A stretch of DNA of 64,000 nt from contig OZ218778.1 of the NCBI GenBank assembly GCA_965112635.1, forward strand, positions 1,376,001 to 1,440,000, in the 5' to 3' direction. The notes below the pieces were generated by a model. That model searched no databases and was not told where the DNA came from. It was given only the letters and a program-made list of their open reading frames with translations. This DNA comes from an uncultured bacterium. GTDB taxonomy: Bacteria; Oederibacteriota; Oederibacteriia; Oederibacteriales; Oederibacteriaceae. Positions 11,120 through 23,021 of this stretch are shown in pieces; positions within the stretch are counted from its first letter, which is position 1, and the number at the start of each line of letters is the position of its first letter. The translations under genes were made by a program, and so were the position numbers.

Positions 11120-12343
11120 ATGCTCCCTTTTCCCATTTTTGTCAGCCTCCGATATTTAAGGGCCAAACGAAAGCAGTTTTTCATCTCCATCATCACCGTC
11201 ATCTCCATCGCCGGGGTGACCCTGGGCGTGGCTAGCCTGATGGTGGTGCTGTCCGTGATGAACGGGTTTGACCGGGACCTCAAAAACAAGATCTTGGGGA
11301 CCCGTTCCCATCTCCATATCGGGGCTTACAGCGGCGGGATTAGTCAGGTCGACCAGGTTTTACAGACCATCGGCCAGGAGCCCGGCGTTGTGGCGGCCTC
11401 GCCCTATGTCACGGAGCAGGCCATGCTGCGCAGCAAATACGGGGCCTCCGGGGCAGTGGTGACGGGGCTGGATTTCCAAAAATTCGCCAAGATCACCGAC
11501 ATCCCCAAGATGATCACCCTGGGAAAACGGAACGTGAGCGACGCCGACGGCAAAGATTGCCTGGTCCTGGGCGTGGACCTGGCGGCGAGGCTGGGGGTCA
11601 GCTTGGGCGACCCAATCACCCTGATCACGCCGCATTTCATCGACACGGCCAGCGGGCCGATGCCGCGCATGGCGGTCTTTAAGGTTGCCGCCATCTTTGA
11701 CGCGGGGATGTACGAATACAACTCCACTTTCGTCTATTTGCCCCTGGGGGCCATGCAAAAGGTCATGCAGCTTGGGCAAAAAGTCCAGGGGATCGAGATC
11801 AAGGTGGAGGATGTTTACAAAGCCAAAGAGATCGGCAGCAAACTGATCGCCAAACTGGGGACCTCTTACTGGTACCAGGACTGGATGTCCATTAATCGCA
11901 ACATTTTTTCGGCCCTCGCGCTGGAAAAGGTCGTGATGTTCCTGATCATGACCATCATCATCCTCGTGGCTGCCTTCAATATCCTGAGCTCGCTGGTCAT
12001 GGTGGTCATGGAAAAGACCAAGGAGATAGGCATCCTTAAGGCCCTGGGCGCGACCCACCGCCAGGTCATGGGGATCTTCATTTTCAACGGGTCCGTGATC
12101 GGGGCCGCCGGGACGCTGCTGGGAGTGATTTTGGGCAGCGGCCTGTGCTGGGCCCTGGACAAATACCAGTTCATCAAATTGCCGGGGGATGTCTACTACC
12201 TGACCACCCTGCCCGTCTATATGAAATGGGAGGACACCCTGGTCATCATCCTCTCTGCCCTGGTCCTGAGCTTTGTAGCCACCATTTATCCGGCCTGGCA
12301 GGCGTCCCGGCTGGACCCTGTGGAGGCGATCCGCTATGAATAA
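11120..12343 (+). CDS. lolC: Lipoprotein-releasing ABC transporter permease LolC/E
   Basis: RYLRAKRKQFFISII, VLSVMNGF, EIGILKALGA, DPVEAIRYE. Confidence 0.9.
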   Translation: MLPFPIFVSLRYLRAKRKQFFISIITVISIAGVTLGVASLMVVLSVMNGFDRDLKNKILGTRSHLHIGAYSGGISQVDQVLQTIGQEPGVVAASPYVTEQAMLRSKYGASGAVVTGLDFQKFAKITDIPKMITLGKRNVSDADGKDCLVLGVDLAARLGVSLGDPITLITPHFIDTASGPMPRMAVFKVAAIFDAGMYEYNSTFVYLPLGAMQKVMQLGQKVQGIEIKVEDVYKAKEIGSKLIAKLGTSYWYQDWMSINRNIFSALALEKVVMFLIMTIIILVAAFNILSSLVMVVMEKTKEIGILKALGATHRQVMGIFIFNGSVIGAAGTLLGVILGSGLCWALDKYQFIKLPGDVYYLTTLPVYMKWEDTLVIILSALVLSFVATIYPAWQASRLDPVEAIRYE

Positions 12344-13016
12344 CCATTTTCTGATCAGCGCCAAGGGGATGGACAAGTCCTTTATCCGGTTCAAGCAGGT
12401 GTGCCCGGTCCTGACCGGGATCGACTTGAACGTCAAACAGGGCGAATTCCTGGCGGTGGTCGGCCCTTCGGGTGCGGGGAAGAGCACCCTCCTCAATGTG
12501 CTGGGAACCCTGGCCATCCCTACGGCCGGCCAAGTCCTCTGGGAAGGCCAGAAGGTTTTTGAGCTGTCGAGCGACGACCTGGCCCTTTGGCGCAACCGCA
12601 AGATCGGTTTCGTATTCCAGTTCCACCACCTGCTCCCGGAATTCACAGCTATGGAAAACGTGCTGATGCCCAGCCTGATCTGTCCGGTAAGTCCGGAAAG
12701 CGTGCTGCAAGACAAGGCCGCCGGCCTTTTGAAAAAGGTGGGACTGGGACACCGGTTGAATTACCGGCCCATCGAATTGTCCGGCGGGGAACAGCAAAGG
12801 GTGGCCATCGCCAGGGCCCTGATGAACGACCCTCTGGCCCTGCTGGCGGACGAACCGACCGGCAACCTGGACCGCCATACCGCAGAAGAAGTTTTTGAAC
12901 TCATCGAAGAATTGCATCGTGAAAAGGGGCTTACCGTCATGTTGGTTACCCACCAAGAATCTTTTGCCAAAAAGGCCCAAAGAATGGTATATATGGAGGA
13001 CGGAAAAATAGTTTAA
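12336..13016 (+). CDS. lolD: Lipoprotein-releasing ABC transporter ATPase
   Basis: GPSGAGKST, GFVFQFHHLL, LSGGEQQRVAIARAL, ADEPTGNLD. Confidence 0.92.
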   Translation: MNNHFLISAKGMDKSFIRFKQVCPVLTGIDLNVKQGEFLAVVGPSGAGKSTLLNVLGTLAIPTAGQVLWEGQKVFELSSDDLALWRNRKIGFVFQFHHLLPEFTAMENVLMPSLICPVSPESVLQDKAAGLLKKVGLGHRLNYRPIELSGGEQQRVAIARALMNDPLALLADEPTGNLDRHTAEEVFELIEELHREKGLTVMLVTHQESFAKKAQRMVYMEDGKIV

Positions 13017-13028
13017 CGGGAGGATTCG

Positions 13029-13898
13029 GTGGGCCTTAAGGTCAATCTGAACGGCAAACTGGTGGATAAATCCAAGGCGGTTTTACCTGTTTTTGACCAT
13101 GCCGTGCTTTACGGGGACGGCGTGTTCGAGGGGATCCGCGCTTATAACGGCAAGGTTTTCAAGCTGGACGAGCACATCAAGCGATTGTACGATTCAGCCA
13201 GCGTGTTGATGCTGAAGCCCACTCTTTCACCGAAACAATTCAAACAGGAAATCCTCAGGACCCTGCGCGCTAATAAAATGAGGAACGCCTATATCCGGCC
13301 GGTCATCACCCGAGGCGCGGGAGACCTCGGGCTTAACCCCAAGAACTGCCCCAGGTCTTTTTACTTCATCATCACCGACAAGCTGACCCTGTATCCCAAA
13401 GAGTTCTATAACAAGGGTCTGGCGGTGGTCACGGTCCCGACCCGCGTGGCCCCGGCCAAAGAACCCAGGGCCAAATCGTGCAACTATCTGAACAATATAT
13501 TCGCCAAGATCGAAGCGAATAACGCCGGTGTCTTGGAGGCCATCATGCTCACCGACCAGGGTTATGTCGGGGAGTGCACAGGGGACAATATCTTTTTTGT
13601 CAAAAACGGTAAACTGGTCACCCCTCCGCTTTATTTGGGTATTTTGGAGGGGATCACGCGGGACACCGTCATGGAGCTAGCCACTTTGAGCGGAATGAAA
13701 GTAAAGGAAGTGCCTTTTACCAGGTACGATCTCTATACGGCTGATGAATGTTTTATGACCGGAACCGGCGCAGAGATCATCCCAGTGGTCAAAGTGGATG
13801 ACCGGACGGTCGGTAGCGGCAAACCTGGTCCGTGGACCAAGATGCTTATTAAAGATTACGCCGAGTTGACCAGGACCACCGGAATCCCGATTTACTGA
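13029..13898 (+). CDS. ilvE: Branched-chain amino acid aminotransferase (class IV)
   Basis: YGDGVFEGIRAY, AKSCNYLNN, ILEGITR, ECFMTGTGAE. Confidence 0.92.
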   Translation: MGLKVNLNGKLVDKSKAVLPVFDHAVLYGDGVFEGIRAYNGKVFKLDEHIKRLYDSASVLMLKPTLSPKQFKQEILRTLRANKMRNAYIRPVITRGAGDLGLNPKNCPRSFYFIITDKLTLYPKEFYNKGLAVVTVPTRVAPAKEPRAKSCNYLNNIFAKIEANNAGVLEAIMLTDQGYVGECTGDNIFFVKNGKLVTPPLYLGILEGITRDTVMELATLSGMKVKEVPFTRYDLYTADECFMTGTGAEIIPVVKVDDRTVGSGKPGPWTKMLIKDYAELTRTTGIPIY

Positions 13899-13918
13899 GC
13901 CTACCTTAGGAGAAGCCT

Positions 13919-14545
13919 GTGCAGGAAGCTGGTTTTGTAAAAAGATACTGCCATTACAGATTGCTTGTTTTTGAAAGGCGGGAACACCTCGTTATTGCCC
14001 ATAAGCTGGGTTTGGTCCTGACCATGGCCTGTTTGACCGGTGTGTTGGCCCAGGTGAGGTTTGTACTGCCCTGGACGCCGGTGCCTTTGACCGGCCAGAC
14101 CTATGCCGCCCTGATCGCAGGGGTTCTATTGGGCCGTAGATGGGGAGGTCTCAGCCTTGCCTTGTATGTCTTGCTGGGCATGATGGGGATGCCCTGGTTC
14201 AACGGCGCTCAAGGCGGGCTGGCGGTGGTTTTGGGTCCCACGGGAGGATACTTATTGGGTTTTGTTCTGTCGGCCTTTGTGATAGGCAGCTTGGTTGACC
14301 ATCATGCCAAGATGCGTGGTTTTCTTCCCATGCTGGCGATCATGACGCTGGCTAATTTTATCCTTATTTACGGACTCGGCCTGCTTCAGCTGGGATTGTG
14401 GTCAGGGATGGTCAAAGGTTCGGCCTTTTCCCTGCGCCAACTCCTATGGATGGGAGCTGTTCCCTTTGTTCCCGGCGACCTTTGCAAGATCGTTCTGGCA
14501 GCCGCCACAGCCGGGTTGGTCACCCCCAAAGAAAAATATCTTTAG
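13919..14545 (+). CDS. bioY: Biotin transporter S component
   Basis: PWTPVPLTGQT, GPTGGYLLGF, PFVPGD. Confidence 0.92.
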   Translation: MQEAGFVKRYCHYRLLVFERREHLVIAHKLGLVLTMACLTGVLAQVRFVLPWTPVPLTGQTYAALIAGVLLGRRWGGLSLALYVLLGMMGMPWFNGAQGGLAVVLGPTGGYLLGFVLSAFVIGSLVDHHAKMRGFLPMLAIMTLANFILIYGLGLLQLGLWSGMVKGSAFSLRQLLWMGAVPFVPGDLCKIVLAAATAGLVTPKEKYL

Positions 14546-14696
14546 GCTGTTCATCCAGCTAGAAATCATTTGGTTTCCCTTGCCGATAGCAGCTTTACTA
14601 AACCGTTGTTAAAAACGCCTGTTTTCATATTATAATAAAGAGAGGAGAGGAATATCCTCTCCCCGATCGTTGAAAATGGACGGGAAAGAGAAAACT

Positions 14697-17183
<2,487 letters not shown>

Positions 17184-17316
17184 ACGGCTAATTTATGACA
17201 AAAACAGGTTGAAGCAAGCGCCTATGAAGAGACGTTGTTCCTGGAGTTAAAAGGAAGCGTCTCTTTTTTTGTGGGTTATAATTGAAGACATCTATGGGTC
17301 AAAGGAAATCCGGCTG

Positions 17317-20300
17317 ATGAAAACAAAAAATTTGATCTTAGAAGTGTTGGGCATCCTGTTGTTCATCGCTGCGTTAGTTGGTTTGAGTCTGCGTTTTGGG
17401 TTACTCACCGCGCCTTTAAAGGCTTCTATCCAGTCCGAACTGCAAAAAGAACTCCACAGGGAAGTTTCCATCGGGATCGTAGAAGGCGGTTTTATCCATC
17501 CCCTGGTCTTGAGGAATTTCAAAATCAGCCAGGGCCAAAAATTGTCCGGTGGGTTATGGGTCAGCGTGGATACGGTGATGCTGGATTTCTCCTGGTGGGA
17601 CCTTTTGACGGGCCGGGTGAGCCTCAAAAAAAGCTTGAAACAGATAAGCCTGATCAACCCGACCCTTTACTTAAAGTCTTACGACCTTCAGGGAGTCCTC
17701 AGTCCTGGTTCCTCTTCGCCTTCATCGTTTTTTGGCTTAACCACGCACTGGGTCGTCGTGGGCGGCAAAGTTTTTGTGCAGGATAAGGTCAAACCCTACC
17801 CCTATTCCCTCCAGGCCGTCAACGGCACCGCTCAGATCCGCGGGCAAAAGGTCAGCGTGCAGCTTTCCAGCAAGGTGTCGGGCAGTAACCTCCAGGTCCT
17901 AGAGGGACAGCTGTCCTATGATCTTCTGACCAAGCAGGGAGAGGCGAGGGTGTTAGGGAAGAGGCTGGACGGAAGGATCTTCAACTCTTTTATGCCCTTC
18001 AGCTCTCCGTTCCCGGTCAAGGCGACCGTTACGGCCGGATCCGTTGACTTGGCCCTATATTGTCCCCTTGAACCAGACAAAGCGTTGTCTCCTGTGGTCA
18101 ATTTTTCATTGACCAAAGGCGAGATCCTGATCCCTTCCTTGCCTAAACCCCTCTCGCAGGTCGAGCTTCAAGGTGTCTACCGGGACCGCGGAGTCATGGT
18201 CGAACAGGCCAAAGCCCTTTTTATGGACAGCACCTGGTCCGGCGCCTTCCGATTGACGCTGACCCCCAAGATCTATTTGCAGGGAGAGTTCACCTTGGAG
18301 GAAGGCCATGTAGACCAGTTGGCCGGCCTCATTCCGGCCTTGCGAAAATTTCATCCGATGGGAAAGGTATCGGGGCATTTGACGGCCAGTGGGTTTCTTC
18401 CCGATTTCAGCATTTCCGGGAAAATAATTGGCCAGGATGTCGGTCTAGGGCTTGTGGCGAGCGACCAGCTGGACTTTTTATTCAAATGGGACCACTCGTC
18501 CAAAAAGGATGACCTAGACCTTTCGAACATCCAGGGAAAGTTTTGGGGAGGAGGGTTGAGCGGCAAAGCCAGGCTCAAAGGGGGAGCCCTTGAAGGGGAG
18601 TTAAAAGCTCTGGCGTTCTCTCTTTCCAAAACCGCAGGCCTTTACGGCTGGGACCAGATCGGAGGCTGGGGAAGCGCCGAGGCAACGCTGGGCGGGTCCC
18701 TGAACGAACCCAAATGCCAGGTGACCCTGCGGGGATATAACATCACCTATCAAGAACGCCCCATCCCTGACTTGTTCGTCCAGGGAAGCTGGTCCAAAGA
18801 AGCGGTGAATTTAAAGATCGACTCGTCCAATTCAATGATACAGGGCAGGGGAAAATTGAGGCTGTCCCCTAAAGGGCAGGAAATCGAAGGCAGGATCTCG
18901 CTCAAAAAGGCTGATTTGGCCACCCTGGGTTCTCTGGTCCCTCTTCCGCCGAGCCTATCTGGGGAGGTCTGGGGCAGTACAGAGTGGTCGGGCACCTTGG
19001 CATCCCCGCGCGTGGAAGGGAGTTTTACCGTCAAACCCTTTTTATGGAGAGGACGGCCGCTGCAGGAGGTCCAGGCCGGGTTCAGTTACGCAGAACACCA
19101 ATGGTCGATTAGAGATGGATCGGTCAGCGGGATAGGGTCCGGACGGATCGATTACAGCGGGACCATACAGACGCAGGGTGACCATTACGCTTTTAAAGCT
19201 GTTTTTAAAGGGTCTGATTGGGATGCCGGTTATGTGCCGGGCCTCATCGACCTGTATCCGCATGCGCAGGGGAAACTAGCCCTTTCAGGACAGGTCCAGG
19301 GTAACTGGGATGATCTTACCATTGCCGCAGATATTTTCTCGGACTCTTTCGTGTTCGACAAGGGTGTGGAGTCTCCACTCTCCACCCGACTGGTCTGGAG
19401 CAAGGATAGGCTCAAGATCAGCTCGGTCTCTTTGGGCGGAAAGATCCTGGGTTCGGGTGAGGTCAACTGGAAAAAGGACCTTATCCTGGATGTCAAAGCC
19501 GAGAGTAAAGCGGCTCCGCTGCCGTTGTGGTTGGCTCTGCTGAGGTCGAGTCCAGCGGGAAGCCCCGCGACCGGTACCGTGGACGGCGAAGCGTCTTTGA
19601 ACGGTTCCTTGGACAAGCTCCAAGGCAAAGGACGCATCCGGATCAAGGACGGGAAATGGGGAGGGTTGGCGTTCCAAAAAGTGACCCTGGAAACCTCAGG
19701 CGAAGAAGGCCGGTTCCCCTTCACCGGCTTGGTCCAGCAAGACCAGGGCTTGTTGAAAATAACGGGTGAAGGCGGGGTCGCTGCTGGAGAAAAAGAGATC
19801 AGCCTAAAAAAACTTAACGTATTGTTTGGGGGCGACCATTTTATTTATGCCGACAATTCTTGGAGCGGGCAGCTGGACCTGGTCAGCAACGGGAACTGGA
19901 GCTTGGCCAGAGGGCTGGAATACAGCGCTGAGGGAAAAATGAAAGGCTGGTCGCTGAACACCCACAAGGGCCCGGACCTGGACTTTTCCTTCCAGTTGGA
20001 CCGGAATGAGTATGTTCTAAACTACCTCCATTACGGGAACGTGCTGCAGGCCGAGGGGCGCTGGGACGCGAAGGAGAACGCGCTGACCCGTTTGCAGTTG
20101 GCGACCGACGGCCTGGACCTGGAAAAGGAATGGACCCTGTTCATGAAGGACAACCCGCCTTGCCAAGGAGTATTGCGCTGCCGTATCTCCTTTGAAGAAG
20201 GCCTGTGGAAGGGAAACGGAGCGATCGTCTCGGGCCAGTGGGGAAATATTCCTTTCAGAGTGGCTTCGGTGAATTTTTCGGGGGATACCAAGGTGATCCA

Positions 20301-22800
20301 CCTTGACCAAGTCAGGGTCCAGCAGGAGGAAGGGACGCTACTCTTACAGGGAACCCTGCGCCAGCAGCCAGAATGGCTAAATTCCAGTTTGCAGCTGGGA
20401 GGGTCGGTTTACAGCCTTCCTTTGAAAAGCCTGCTGGAAGTCTGGATAAAGTCTCCAGAAAAAAGGCCGTCCCTGGATGGCAGGCTGAGCGGAAGCGTCC
20501 TGGTCACGGGCACCCTTTTGGAACCACAGTGCAAGATCTTTGCCACCTTGAACAACCTATCCTTGGGACAAGAGCTGGAAGGGGAGGCCAGCGGAAGCCT
20601 TTATTTAGAAAAGAACAAGATCGAGATCACGGATTTTAAATGGAGGAAAAACGAGGGGGTGGTCCTGTTCGGGGTGGAGGCCCAAAGAGGCGGAGAGCAG
20701 GCCTGGGCCGTCACCACGACCGGCCAAGTGCAATCCTGGGGGGTCGCGAACGGTTCGCTCAGCGGTTCCTGGAGTTATCAGGGCGCCCTATGTCTGTCCG
20801 GAGACAAGGAGAACGGTTGCGGGGACGGTCTTACGGCGCAGGGGTTGTTGACCTTGCAGAATATCACCTATAACGACCTGGTCCTGCTGTCCAGCAGGGT
20901 CAACCTATCGCTCAAGGACCGTGAACTGGAATTTTTACCCAATCCCGATGAGGAATCCAAGAAAGCCGACGATTTTTGGAAAGGCAAAGTCTCCTGGGAT
21001 GAGACTGGCAACGTCACTTTTAACAAATTCGTGCTTCCATGGGGGAGCGGAACCTTGCTCATGGATGGACAGATAGGAGGCCAGTCAATAAGACCTTTGG
21101 TGGTCGAAGGCAAAGACATTGGCGCCGACAAATTGCTCGGTTTATTGCTGCCCAAACTTTCTCCCCATAAAGGCAGCAGCAGCTTCCACCTGATCTTAAG
21201 GAGCAGTGGTGAAAATCCGGGTTTCCAAGGTTCCTTTAAGGTGGTCCAGGGAAGCTTTAGCAGCATCCCCTATGACCTTTTGACCGGATGGGTCAGTTGG
21301 AGCAAGAATGCTTTGGAGTTGAAAGAGTTCCGCGTCAATCAGGTCAAAGAATATGAGATTGACATGAAAGGCTCCATCCCTCTGACTCTGCCTTATCTTT
21401 TCAGCCATATCCAAGGGAACCTGGAGCGGGAATATCACTTGTCGGCGAGCGTCAAGGGAAAAGCTTCCTATCTGTCCCTGATCCTGCCGGTCAAGGCGGT
21501 CCAAGGTGAGGGAAACGGTGATTTCAGGATCACGGGCACTTCCCAATATCCAGTGCTCAATGGTTCTTATGTCTTGGACCAGGGCAGTTTCGACACCGAC
21601 TGGCCTTTCAAGCATTATAGCCAGGTCCAGGCGAGCCTCTTGATCCACGATAACCATGTGCTCATCAGCCGTGCGGTGGGACAAGTGGAAGGCAAAGAGG
21701 TCACCCTGAGCGGGGAAGTGCTTTTAAAGAAATTACAGGTGGATGGGTGGAACATAAAATTTGCCAGCCAGCCAGGGACTTTTATCACGGTCGACCAGTG
21801 GCCGGAGGTGTTCTCCCGCGGCGCCGCCGCTTTTACGGTCTCTCTGACGGGCCCGGCTTACCAACCCCTGGTGCAGGGAGAGGTGACCCTCACCCAGGCT
21901 GACGTGAGTTATCAAGCCCAGAGCAGCCAGGAGGTCTCGCCGTTCAAAGATTTCAGGTGGCAAGTCAAAGTGACCGCCGGCAGGAGCGTCCGGTATTACA
22001 GAGGCAATATGGTGGATATCGAAATACCCGAGAACAGCAGCCTTGTTTTCGAAGGGCCCACCGAGGATCTCCAGATCAACGGCGCTATCGACTGCAACCG
22101 GGGTACTTTTGATTATCTTAACACCACTTTTGATGTCAGAGAGATACTTCTGAAATTCAGCCGCCATAAGGTCCTGGTCGACGCCCTAGGTCAGGCCACG
22201 GTCATCGAGACAGACCGGCAGGGCCAGGAGAACCAGATCCAAGTGCGGGCCAAGGTCGAGGGGGAGCTGCCCAACCCCGTTGTCACCTTAAGCTCTGTTC
22301 CCGAACGGGACCAGCGCGAGATCGCTTCCCTTCTGATGGTGGGAGATGATATCACCCAGATGTCCGAAAATGACCTGCAGAAGAGGCTGGTCATGGAGGT
22401 TCTCAAATACCTGGGTTTCAACAACCTTCTTCCGGTGCTCAAGGAAGCAAAAAAGAAGACCGGTCTGGACGTGCTGAAGATAGGCAGCAGCAGGCAGGCC
22501 ACCACCAATAACAACCAGGGCAACAATGCGCACGGCGTGGCGCAGGTCGACTTGGGCAAATATCTTTATCCGAACCTTTATCTTGATTACAGGACCACTT
22601 TGGGTAACCGAGGAGATACTTCCCTGGGTCTGGGTGTGGCCCAGGAGCTGGGCCTGGAATACCAGCTCACCGAGAGCGAGAGGTTAAAGTTGAGATACCG
22701 CGGCATCAACGGTGATTTTTTTGGCGGCATCGAGACCCAGTTCCCCATGAATTGGGGTTCGCCCCTTTCACCTACAGCCACACCGGAGCCGGCTGAATAA
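17317..22800 (+). CDS. TamB/AsmA-like large periplasm-spanning protein
   Basis: About 1827 aa, N-terminal membrane anchor, Gly-rich beta-taco repeats, DUF490-like C-terminus (LSSVP...EIASLL; GKYLYPNLYLDY), directly upstream of bamA. Confidence 0.75.
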   Translation: MKTKNLILEVLGILLFIAALVGLSLRFGLLTAPLKASIQSELQKELHREVSIGIVEGGFIHPLVLRNFKISQGQKLSGGLWVSVDTVMLDFSWWDLLTGRVSLKKSLKQISLINPTLYLKSYDLQGVLSPGSSSPSSFFGLTTHWVVVGGKVFVQDKVKPYPYSLQAVNGTAQIRGQKVSVQLSSKVSGSNLQVLEGQLSYDLLTKQGEARVLGKRLDGRIFNSFMPFSSPFPVKATVTAGSVDLALYCPLEPDKALSPVVNFSLTKGEILIPSLPKPLSQVELQGVYRDRGVMVEQAKALFMDSTWSGAFRLTLTPKIYLQGEFTLEEGHVDQLAGLIPALRKFHPMGKVSGHLTASGFLPDFSISGKIIGQDVGLGLVASDQLDFLFKWDHSSKKDDLDLSNIQGKFWGGGLSGKARLKGGALEGELKALAFSLSKTAGLYGWDQIGGWGSAEATLGGSLNEPKCQVTLRGYNITYQERPIPDLFVQGSWSKEAVNLKIDSSNSMIQGRGKLRLSPKGQEIEGRISLKKADLATLGSLVPLPPSLSGEVWGSTEWSGTLASPRVEGSFTVKPFLWRGRPLQEVQAGFSYAEHQWSIRDGSVSGIGSGRIDYSGTIQTQGDHYAFKAVFKGSDWDAGYVPGLIDLYPHAQGKLALSGQVQGNWDDLTIAADIFSDSFVFDKGVESPLSTRLVWSKDRLKISSVSLGGKILGSGEVNWKKDLILDVKAESKAAPLPLWLALLRSSPAGSPATGTVDGEASLNGSLDKLQGKGRIRIKDGKWGGLAFQKVTLETSGEEGRFPFTGLVQQDQGLLKITGEGGVAAGEKEISLKKLNVLFGGDHFIYADNSWSGQLDLVSNGNWSLARGLEYSAEGKMKGWSLNTHKGPDLDFSFQLDRNEYVLNYLHYGNVLQAEGRWDAKENALTRLQLATDGLDLEKEWTLFMKDNPPCQGVLRCRISFEEGLWKGNGAIVSGQWGNIPFRVASVNFSGDTKVIHLDQVRVQQEEGTLLLQGTLRQQPEWLNSSLQLGGSVYSLPLKSLLEVWIKSPEKRPSLDGRLSGSVLVTGTLLEPQCKIFATLNNLSLGQELEGEASGSLYLEKNKIEITDFKWRKNEGVVLFGVEAQRGGEQAWAVTTTGQVQSWGVANGSLSGSWSYQGALCLSGDKENGCGDGLTAQGLLTLQNITYNDLVLLSSRVNLSLKDRELEFLPNPDEESKKADDFWKGKVSWDETGNVTFNKFVLPWGSGTLLMDGQIGGQSIRPLVVEGKDIGADKLLGLLLPKLSPHKGSSSFHLILRSSGENPGFQGSFKVVQGSFSSIPYDLLTGWVSWSKNALELKEFRVNQVKEYEIDMKGSIPLTLPYLFSHIQGNLEREYHLSASVKGKASYLSLILPVKAVQGEGNGDFRITGTSQYPVLNGSYVLDQGSFDTDWPFKHYSQVQASLLIHDNHVLISRAVGQVEGKEVTLSGEVLLKKLQVDGWNIKFASQPGTFITVDQWPEVFSRGAAAFTVSLTGPAYQPLVQGEVTLTQADVSYQAQSSQEVSPFKDFRWQVKVTAGRSVRYYRGNMVDIEIPENSSLVFEGPTEDLQINGAIDCNRGTFDYLNTTFDVREILLKFSRHKVLVDALGQATVIETDRQGQENQIQVRAKVEGELPNPVVTLSSVPERDQREIASLLMVGDDITQMSENDLQKRLVMEVLKYLGFNNLLPVLKEAKKKTGLDVLKIGSSRQATTNNNQGNNAHGVAQVDLGKYLYPNLYLDYRTTLGNRGDTSLGLGVAQELGLEYQLTESERLKLRYRGINGDFFGGIETQFPMNWGSPLSPTATPEPAE

Positions 22801-23021
22801 CTCATCGTGGGGCGATACGATTGAGTTAAAAAGCTCCTTTCGCTGCATCCTTGTTCTTCTTCTGCGCTTGAGAAATCAAGGGTTACCATAAATACAATAA
22901 ATCGTTTGTAACTCCCCCTTTGCCTAAGGATATATCCATATTAAGCCATTTCTTTACTTTAATAATAAAACATGCTATTTTTATCTTCTATTTTCAGCAA
23001 AAAGTAATATTCGGAGACCTG